Assembly (NCBI GenBank): GCA_965222605.1
Contig: OZ244960.1
Span: 864,001 to 928,000, forward strand
Direction of reading: 5' to 3'
Origin: Candidatus Latescibacterota bacterium
GTDB taxonomy: Bacteria; Latescibacterota; UBA2968
DNA length: 64,000 nt
The first letter of the stretch is position 1. Each line of letters opens with the position of its first letter. This document shows positions 47,499 to 55,800 of the stretch, one piece after another. Position numbers and translations under genes: made by a program. The notes beneath the pieces are model-generated. The model was given only the letters and a program-made list of their open reading frames with translations, was not told where the DNA came from and did no database searches.

Positions 47499-47899
47499 CA
47501 AGATTTTCAATGAAAATAATCCGGCCACATATCAAAAAAATGGACACTGGGACAAATTTTGAACTTCAGAACAAATTTGCGGGGTTGACATCGTAAGGGC
47601 AATAGTACTATTCTAAGAACTGACCATTAATAGGACTTACTTTTTTTCTAAGATGCAAAATATACCAGCAGGTCTTATGAGTAATTTTTCTTTGCAATCA
47701 TTTGCATAATGTCGTACTATATACTAAGAGCATCAGAAGCATTCTATATTTTTCCGTGTAATTTCCATACGAGAAGGTATTAAACTGGAGGAGGCGTAAC
47801 ATGTAAAAAATTAGTTGCCATCAAGTTCGACGTTCGACGACCAGTAACTCATCGATACTTTTTCTTATCACACAGGCAAATTCTAAAGGGAGGTTCCAA

Positions 47900-48394
47900 A
47901 TGCGTAACACAGGAATAGTATTCATGCTGGCTATCATTGTCGGCCTCGGCACTTTTACTGGCTGTGCAACGAGCCAGGCCAAGTCCCAATTGCAGATACG
48001 TGAGTTCCAAACTCGTAGTTTCGAGACCAAAGACGTCAAGGCGGTCCTCAAGGCTCTAATGAATATCTTACAAGACGAGGGATACGTGACGAAGCAGGCT
48101 AACTTAGAATTAGGGTTTATTAATGCCACAAAGGAGTATGAGGAGGGCCTGAAAGTCTCGGAACTTTTATTCATGCGTCGCGGAGAATGGTCGCGCAATT
48201 CTATCATCGACGCGACATTTAATGTCTCACAGTACGGTGAAACATGTCGTGTTCGAGCTAACTTCCAGACAAAAACCCTGAATCGTGAAGGTGGTGTTAA
48301 CAAGGTCAAACCGATCGACTCTGAGCAGTTCTACATTGACTTCTTCGCCAAAGTGAGTAAGGGGATTTTCATCAATGTTGACCAGGGGCTTTGA
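47900..48394 (+). CDS. Array lipoprotein, type A
   Basis: Lipobox FTGC; LQIREFQTRSFE...ILQDEGY...LGFINA...FYIDFFAKVSKGIF. Confidence 0.85.
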   Translation: MRNTGIVFMLAIIVGLGTFTGCATSQAKSQLQIREFQTRSFETKDVKAVLKALMNILQDEGYVTKQANLELGFINATKEYEEGLKVSELLFMRRGEWSRNSIIDATFNVSQYGETCRVRANFQTKTLNREGGVNKVKPIDSEQFYIDFFAKVSKGIFINVDQGL

Positions 48395-48536
48395 TCCAAT
48401 TTGGGCCAAGGATACAAATTGATCGATAACACATCAGATGCGATCTTTTTGCCAGGGCCAGCCTGCATCAGGCAATATCGTCTAAATTGTATAGGTACTG
48501 ATCTTACTGGCCATCATCAACAGAAGGAGGCGTAAC

Positions 48537-48977
48537 ATGAAAAAATTACTGATCGCAGTAATGGCTGTGGTATTCCTGTCGGGTTGCATGATGACCCCGC
48601 AGCACCGAAGAGCTGTGCGGGATGATTCTGGCGACCGGATGACTGTTGGAAAGGTTCAAAAAGAAATAAGGGTTGGTATGAGTGGTGCCGAAGTTGCCCA
48701 GGTTCTCGGATCGCCAAATATCGTTTCAACAGATGAAGAACGGCGTGAAGTATGGATATATGACAAAATTTCGACGGAAGAAGCATACTCAACCAGTCAG
48801 GGCGGTGTTGCTTCTCTCATCCTTGTAGGCCTGACCGATGTTTTGCTTGGCGGAAGTGGCGGACTGTCGGGTTCATCCGGAGCCAGTTCAACATCTCAGA
48901 GAACCCTCACTGTCATAATAAAATTTGACGAAAATAAACAGGTGAGAGACTTCGCGTATCACACATCGCGGTTCTGA
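48537..48977 (+). CDS. SmpA/OmlA (BamE-like) domain lipoprotein
   Basis: Lipobox LSGC; IRVGMSGAEVAQVLGSPN...EVWIYD...LTVIIKFDENKQV. Confidence 0.85.
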   Translation: MKKLLIAVMAVVFLSGCMMTPQHRRAVRDDSGDRMTVGKVQKEIRVGMSGAEVAQVLGSPNIVSTDEERREVWIYDKISTEEAYSTSQGGVASLILVGLTDVLLGGSGGLSGSSGASSTSQRTLTVIIKFDENKQVRDFAYHTSRF

Positions 48978-49035
48978 GGAAGACACACCAGATATAGTAG
49001 TGGAAGTTGTGAGCCGGCTTCAAGGGTGGTCACAG

Positions 49036-49590
49036 ATGATTTATAAAAAAAATCTTCTATTATCACTACTTGCCATAATGGTATTAGTTTTGACGAGTTG
49101 CGGAAGTAGTATTCCCAAAGGTGCTTTTAAGCTAACACCAGAATTATTGCAAAAGCGGGTTCTAAAAACGAGAAAATACGAAGGCATTTCAGAAGTTGAT
49201 ATTTTATCGGCATCTGCTGGCGTGCTTCAAGATTTGGGATTCAATATTGATGAGAGTGAATCAAAACTCGGACTTATCGTTGGCTCAAAGGTAAGAGATG
49301 CGACTGAAATAGGGCAGGAGGTTTGGTGGTGGACTAAGGCGTTGCTTCTCAGGTGGACGGCGTTTACTGATGAGACTGATGACTATCAAAAGTTCAGGGC
49401 GTCTGTTGTTATACGTCCAATATCAGAAGATAACGATAAAACACACTATGTTAGTGTGACATTCCAGCGGATTGTTTGGGATACTGCTGACAAAATTTCG
49501 AAACAAGAGACCCTGAATGAGCCTGAAATATATCAAGAGTTCTTTGATCGTCTTTCAAAATCAGTCTTTCTGGAAGGGCAAAAAATATGA
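49036..49590 (+). CDS. Array lipoprotein, type B1
   Basis: Lipobox LTSC; TRKYEGISE...LQDLGFNIDESE..LGLIVGSK...YQEFFDRLSKSVFLEGQKI. Confidence 0.85.
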   Translation: MIYKKNLLLSLLAIMVLVLTSCGSSIPKGAFKLTPELLQKRVLKTRKYEGISEVDILSASAGVLQDLGFNIDESESKLGLIVGSKVRDATEIGQEVWWWTKALLLRWTAFTDETDDYQKFRASVVIRPISEDNDKTHYVSVTFQRIVWDTADKISKQETLNEPEIYQEFFDRLSKSVFLEGQKI

Positions 49591-50009
49591 AAATCTCCAG
49601 GATACTGACAGCCTCAATTGCCATATTAATTGGGTTATCCGGATGTGGAACATCAAAAAATCATTTGCTGAAAATAGATGAAAGCCAGGTCAAGTTGCGA
49701 AGCATGCAAACCCGTGCATTCGACACCACAGAAAAGAATAAGATGCTTAGAACCGTAATAACCACAATCCAAGATTTCGACTATGTCCTGGATAAAGCAG
49801 ATGCAACGCTTGGAATGATTAGTGCCACAAAACTCGACGAACATCAATACCGAATAACGATTACTGTTCGACCGAGGGGCGAAACCCAATTGTTGGTACG
49901 TGCAAACGTACAATACAAACAAAAGGCTGTTAAAGATCCAATAATATATCAAAATTTCTTCACCTCTTTGGCAAAATCGATATTTCTGACCGCTCACGAG
50001 GTTGATTAA
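49587..50009 (+). CDS. Array lipoprotein, type C1
   Basis: ATGA overlap with B1; lipobox LSGC; LRSMQTRAFD...FLTAHEVD. Confidence 0.88.
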   Translation: MKISRILTASIAILIGLSGCGTSKNHLLKIDESQVKLRSMQTRAFDTTEKNKMLRTVITTIQDFDYVLDKADATLGMISATKLDEHQYRITITVRPRGETQLLVRANVQYKQKAVKDPIIYQNFFTSLAKSIFLTAHEVD

Positions 50010-50010
50010 A

Positions 50011-50154
50011 CGTAATTATTTAGGTTCTTGTGGTCGCGTAGGAGGGAAATCCTTTTCCCGACCTTGATCGCGGCAGGGATGCCGCTCCGACAGCATCCTT
50101 TTGTGATTTTTGTGCATTTTGTGGCTAATCATCCAAATGACCTAAATAGTTACG
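50011..50154. mobile_element. 144-bp MITE-like element with 15-bp TIRs and a 6-bp target duplication, carrying a GTAG-type REP doublet
   Basis: CGTAATTATTTAGGT / ACCTAAATAGTTACG (14/15 match); ATTAAA on both sides; the empty site GTTGATTAAACGA is seen after the four sister genes. Confidence 0.88.
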
Positions 50155-50298
50155 ATTAAACGATCATCAAAGAGCCGGAGTAGTTTCGCATTCAACCTGT
50201 CTGATGGCAGATCCCAACGTATCACGCATCGCGGTTCTCAGGTGGCACGCCGGTAAAGGAAGAGCCGCTCTCCGCACAGCTTTGCGAGGAGATTAAGT

Positions 50299-50913
50299 AT
50301 GATCATCCAGGGGAAAAGACATCCATTCGTATGGCTTACGATAATGGCACTGATTGTGGCAGGCTGTGGGAGTAGTTTGCCCAAACATGTCTTAAGACTA
50401 ACACCAGATACATTACAGAACAGGTCCTTACAAACAAGAAAATACGAAGGCATTTCAGAAGCTGATCTTTTATCTGCATCTACTGGTGTGATTCAAGATT
50501 TGGGATTCATCATTGATGAGAGCGAGATAAATCTCGGACTTATCGTTGGCTCAAAAGACAGAGATGCACCTCCTGATGCAGGACAGCGGATAGGGCAAGT
50601 GCTTGGGGGAATTTTTATGTTCACTCTCGCTATAGCCGCTGCTGCTATAGACGAGGAAGACATTGCTGAAGATCTTATAGATAACATGGTTTTGTCTGTT
50701 GACGACTATCAAAAGTTATGGGCGTCTATTGTTATCCGTCCAGCATCGGAAGATGACGATAAAATACACTATGTCAGGGTGACATTTCAGCGGATTGTTT
50801 GGGATACCGAAGGCGAAATAGACAGAATGCAAAGCCTAAGTGAGCCTGAAATGTATCAAAAGTTCTTCGATCTTCTTTCAAAATCAGTCTTTCTGGAAGG
50901 GGAAAAAATATGA
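50299..50913 (+). CDS. Array lipoprotein, type B2
   Basis: Lipobox VAGC; paralog of B1 with a different central insert; ends SVFLEGEKI. Confidence 0.88.
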   Translation: MIIQGKRHPFVWLTIMALIVAGCGSSLPKHVLRLTPDTLQNRSLQTRKYEGISEADLLSASTGVIQDLGFIIDESEINLGLIVGSKDRDAPPDAGQRIGQVLGGIFMFTLAIAAAAIDEEDIAEDLIDNMVLSVDDYQKLWASIVIRPASEDDDKIHYVRVTFQRIVWDTEGEIDRMQSLSEPEMYQKFFDLLSKSVFLEGEKI

Positions 50914-51377
50914 ACCTCTCCGGGATATTGATAGTCGCTATTGCCACATTAATCGCGCTTTCTGGATGCACATCATCATCTGGAAGCACATCATCACAAG
51001 AGCAATTGCTGAAGATGGATGAAAGCCAGGTTAAGCTGCGAAGCATGCAAACCCGTGCATTCGATACCACAGATAAAGATAAAATGCTCAGCACTGTAAT
51101 ATCCACACTTCAGGATTTAGACTATATCGTGAATGAAGCAAATGAAGTGATCGGAACGGTTAGTGCCCGAACAACTCACATTAGATATAAATACCTGAAA
51201 AAGAAAAAATATCCACTGCTAATAACGGTTACTGTTCGTCCAAGGGGCGAAACCCAATTGTTGGTACGTGCGAACGCTCAGTACAACCAAAAAGCTGTTG
51301 AAAATCCATTAGTATATCAAAATTTCTTCACTGTTTTGGCAAAATCAATTTTTCTCACTGCTCACGAGGTTGATTAA
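50910..51377 (+). CDS. Array lipoprotein, type C2
   Basis: ATGA overlap with B2; LSGC; ends FLTAHEVD. Confidence 0.88.
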   Translation: MNLSGILIVAIATLIALSGCTSSSGSTSSQEQLLKMDESQVKLRSMQTRAFDTTDKDKMLSTVISTLQDLDYIVNEANEVIGTVSARTTHIRYKYLKKKKYPLLITVTVRPRGETQLLVRANAQYNQKAVENPLVYQNFFTVLAKSIFLTAHEVD

Positions 51378-51977
51378 ACGACCATTGTCTCAGCCACAAT
51401 ACCGATAAAAATAAAAACATCTAAAGGGACATAAAATATGGCAATCTCCAGGATATTGACGGCTGTAATTGCCACCTCCATATTAATCGGGTTGCCCGGA
51501 TGTGGAACACTACAAAAGCGAATGATGGAATTGGAGACAAGTCGTCAACTCAAGCTGCGAAGCATGCAAACCCGTGCATTCGATACCACAGATAAAAATA
51601 AAATGCTTAGAACTGTAATAGCCACACTTCAGGATTTAGGCTATATCGTGAATGAAGCAAATGAAGTGATCGGAACGGTTAGTGCTCACACAACCAGTAA
51701 ATATATAATCTTGGAAAAGAAAAAATATCCACTGCTAATAACGGTTACTGTTCGTCCAAGGGGCGAAACCCAATTGTTGGTACGTGCGAACGCTCGGTAC
51801 AAACAACAAGAAGCTATTGAAAATCCATTATTTTATCAAAATTTCTTCACTGTTTTGGCAAAATCAATTTTTCTCACTGCTCACGAGGTTGATTAAACGA
51901 CCATTGTCTCAGCCACAATACCGATAAAAATAAAAACATCTAAAGGGACATAAAATATGGCAATCTCCAGGATATTG
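51315..51977 (+). repeat. 144-bp identical direct repeats at 519-bp period (51315-51458 and 51834-51977)
   Basis: Each copy spans a gene 3' end, the intergenic spacer and the next gene start; no differences were seen by eye. Confidence 0.9.
51438..51896 (+). CDS. Array lipoprotein, type C3
   Basis: LPGC; core nearly identical to C2; ends FLTAHEVD. Confidence 0.88.
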   Translation: MAISRILTAVIATSILIGLPGCGTLQKRMMELETSRQLKLRSMQTRAFDTTDKNKMLRTVIATLQDLGYIVNEANEVIGTVSAHTTSKYIILEKKKYPLLITVTVRPRGETQLLVRANARYKQQEAIENPLFYQNFFTVLAKSIFLTAHEVD

Positions 51978-52365
51978 GCGGCTGTAATCGCCACCTCCAT
52001 ATTAATCGGGCTGTCCGGATGCGCAACACCAAAAAAGCAGGAGACAAGTCAATTTGCGAAGCATGCAAACCCGTGCATTCGACTCTACAGACGAAAAAAA
52101 GACGCTTAGAAGTGTAATATCCACACTTCAAGATTTCGACTTTCTCATAGATGAAGTAAATAAAGTACTTGGAGTGGTTAGTGCCACAAGAAGGACCGAT
52201 TGGTTGCAAATAACAGTTACTGTTCGCCCAAAAGGTGAAACACAAGTATTTGTGCGTGCGAATATGGAATACAGGCAAAAGGGGGTTGAAGATCCAGCAG
52301 TATATCAAAAATTCTTCACGTATTTGGAAAAATCGATGTTTCTGACCGCTCACGAGGTTGATTAA
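51957..52365 (+). pseudogene. Array lipoprotein, type C4, frameshifted near 52050
   Basis: MAISRILAAVIATSILIGLSGCATPKKQETSQ is out of frame with LRSMQTRAFD...FLTAHEVD; the span of 409 nt is not a multiple of 3. Confidence 0.85.
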
Positions 52366-52420
52366 ACGACCATTGTGTCAGCTTCATCGACGCAATATCC
52401 CAGACCAGAGGAATAGAAAT

Positions 52421-52843
52421 ATGAATATCTCCAGGATACTGATGACAACAATTGCCGCATCCATTTTAATTGGGTTGTCCGGAGGTGTGTCATTTTCACA
52501 AAAAATAGAACTACATGAAAGTCAATTAGAAATTCGAAGCATGCAAACCCGTGCATTCGATACCACAGATGAGAATAAGACGCTTAGAGCTATAATAGCC
52601 ACACTTCAAGATTTCGGCTTTGTCATAAATAAAGCAGATGAAGCACTTGGAACGATTACTGCCAGAAGAATCGACAAATATTCATTGCGAATAACAGTTA
52701 CTGTTCGTACAAGGGGTGAAACGCAAGTGTTAGTGCGTATGAATGCGTACTATGGTCGGCCTGTTAGGAAACCAATAATATATCAAAATTTCTTCACATC
52801 TCTGGCAAAGTCGATGTTTTTGACCGCTCACGAGGTTGATTAA
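52421..52843 (+). CDS. Array protein, type C5 (lipobox Cys replaced by Gly)
   Basis: MNISRILMTTIAASILIGLSGGVSFSQK; IRSMQTRAFD...FLTAHEVD. Confidence 0.87.
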   Translation: MNISRILMTTIAASILIGLSGGVSFSQKIELHESQLEIRSMQTRAFDTTDENKTLRAIIATLQDFGFVINKADEALGTITARRIDKYSLRITVTVRTRGETQVLVRMNAYYGRPVRKPIIYQNFFTSLAKSMFLTAHEVD

Positions 52844-52890
52844 ACGACCATTCAAGCCGTATCTCCTTTCCGATATTGAGCAATAAACCC

Positions 52891-55800
52891 ATGCAAAAAT
52901 TCATTCTTTATTCCACCTTTTTTATTCTCGTCCTCTTGCTATTCGTGCGAGATAGTCGCGCTCAAAACGCCCTTACAGGGCATACCAATGCCGTCGAATC
53001 TGTGGCATTTTCTCAGGATGGCGCGCTACTCGCTTCTGGGTCAAGGGATGGCACGATCAAGTTGTGGAACGCGACGACCAGACAAAATACCGACACCTTT
53101 GACGGACACACGGATGTGGTCAGTGCTGTGGCATTTGCCCCAGATGGGACACTACTCGCTTCTGGATCATCAGTAGATGGCACAGTCAAGTTGTGGAACG
53201 TGCTGGCAGGCACAAATATCGCCATCCTTGAGGAACATACAGATGTGGTCAGTGCTGTGGCATTTACCTCAGATGGGATATTGCTCGCTTCCGGATCCGT
53301 GAATGGCGCGATCCTCCTGTGGGATGTGGCGACAAAGACCGCCACCAACCTTAAGGGACAGCCGGTCAGTTCTATAGCGTTTTCACAAGATGGGACGCTA
53401 CTCGCTTCCGGGTCAGCGAATGGCACAATCCTGCTGTGGGATGTCGCGACGGGCACAAATATCGCCACCTTTGACGAGCATACGGATGATGTCTCATCTG
53501 TAGCGTTTTCACAAGATGGAACGCTACTCGCTTCCGGGTCTGATGATAACACGGTCAAGCTGTGGGACGTGCAGGCGGGCACAAATATCACCACCCTTGA
53601 GGAACATACTGATGCCGTCAGTTCTGTGGCGTTTTCACAAGATGGAACGGTACTATCCTCCGGATCAGTGGATGGCATGGTTACACTCTGGAACGTGGGA
53701 AAAAGAAAACAGATCACCACCCTTGAGGAACATAGGGATGCGATCCGCTCTGTGGCGTTTTCCTCTGATGGAACGCTACTCGCTTCCGGGTCATTAGATG
53801 GCAGGATCTTGCTTTGGAACGTATCAGAATGGACACGGCCTCGCCCCGATATACTGAGAAAAATCTCCGGCGACAACCAGCAAGGCACACCCAGAGCAAT
53901 ATTGGCAAATCCCCTGATCGTTGAAGTACGAGATCAAAACGATAATCCCTTATCAGATGTGCAAGTCACCTTCAGAGTTACCGCCGGCGCGGGAAAGCTC
54001 AGCGGACGATTCACGATTGAGTACGCAACAACCGATGCCAATGGCCACGCAGAGAGGTCACTTACCCTCGGTCCCAATCCGGGAACAAACACCGTTGAGG
54101 TATCTATCGTCGGGCGCGACCCGGAGACGTTTAATGCAATAAGCATTGGAACGCCTGCGGTGCCGAGCCTGGACGGTGATTATCCAACATGGCATGTACC
54201 CGACGGTGCAATCGCACGCCTGGGAAAAGGACCTATTGGTACGGGGGACAAAGCGGTCGCATTCTCGCCAAACGGTCAAAGTCTCGCTGTGGCAAGTGGC
54301 ATTGGCGTATGGCTTTACGATGTGGCGACCTCCCGTGAACTCATGCTACTACCCTCTGCGAGTGCAGTCAGTTCTGTGGCGTTTTCAAGAGATGGGATGC
54401 AACTGGCTTCAGGGTCAGTAGATGGCACGGTTGCGCTGTGGGACATCGCGACGGGACAAAATACCGACACATTTGAAGCGCGCAGGGGCAATATCTCTCC
54501 CGTAGCATTTTCACAATATGAGACGCTGACAGCTTCCAGATCAGTCGAATCGGTGGCATTTTCACCTGATGGAACACTGATAGCTTCTGGGCGAAAGGAT
54601 GGCACAGTTGTGCTGTGGGATATTGCGACTGGGAACGCCACCACCCTTGAGGGGCATACAGATTGGGTCAGTTCTGTGGCGTTTTCTCGCCAGGGGGTAC
54701 TGGCTTCCGGGTCTTTGGATAGAACGATCAAACTGTGGGACATCGCGACGGGACAAAATACCGACACCTTTGAGGCGCACAGAGGCAATGTCTTGTCCGT
54801 GGCATTTTCACCCGATGGAACAATACTCGCTTCCGGATCAGGGGATGGCACGGTCGTGCTGTGGAACATTGCGACTGAAAATGCCATCATCCTTGAAGGG
54901 CATACAGATGATGTCAGTTCTGTGTCATTTTCACCCGATGGAACAATACTATCTTCCGGATCTGATGATAATACGATCAAACTGTGGAACGTGCAGGCGC
55001 GCAAAAATACCGCCACCTTTGAAAAACATACAGATAACGTCAGTTCTGTATCCCTGTCTCAGGATGAGGATGGGACGCTACTACTCGCTTCTGGTTCTTT
55101 GGATGGCGCAATCCTCCTGTGGGACGCAGCGACTGGAAACGCCTCCACCCTTGAAGGGCATACACAGGCAGTCAGTTCTGTATCCTTTTCACCTAATGAG
55201 GATGAGACGCTACTCGCTTCCGGGTCTTTAGATGGCACGATTCTACTGTGGGACACAGCGAGAAGAGAGCAGATTACCACCCTTGATGGATATTCGGGAG
55301 ATGTCTTTTCTGTGTCGTTTTCCCCAGATGGGAGGCTGATAGCTTCCGGGTCTTTGGATGGCACGATCCTCCTGTGGGACATTGCGACTGGAAACACCAC
55401 CACACTTGAGGGACAGGCGGTCAGTTCTGTCGCGTTCTCTCCCGATGAGGATGAAACGCTACTCGCTTCTGGATCAGTAGATGGCACGATCCTCCTGTGG
55501 GACATTGCGACTGGAAACACCACCACTCTTAAGGGACAGGCAGTCAGTTCTATCGCCTTCTCTCCCGATGGGACAATACTCGCTTCCGGATCTCTGGATG
55601 GCACGATCCTCCTGTGGGACATTGCGACTGAAAACACCACCTCACTTGAGGGACATACGCAGGTGGTCAGTTCTATGGCATTTTCGCAGGATGAGGATGG
55701 ACTACTCGCTTCCGGGTCAGTAGATGGCACGATTCTGCTATGGGATGTAGCCACGCGCACCACTACCGCTACCCTTAAGGGACAGGCAGTCAGTTCTGTG

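Noticed and set aside
46691-47728. dif/Xer-like look of CATTTGCATAA-TGTCGT-ACTATATACT and its copy
   Set aside because: The right arm does not match the XerD consensus TTATGTTAAAT; TTGCAA-N17-TACTAT explains it better as a promoter.
47900-52843. Diversity-generating retroelement as the source of array variation
   Set aside because: No reverse transcriptase is in the window, and the differences include indels rather than adenine-specific substitutions.
49990-52850. CRISPR-like recurrence of CTCACGAGGTTGATTAAACG
   Set aside because: The repeats are coding gene ends separated by hundreds of bp, and there are no cas genes.
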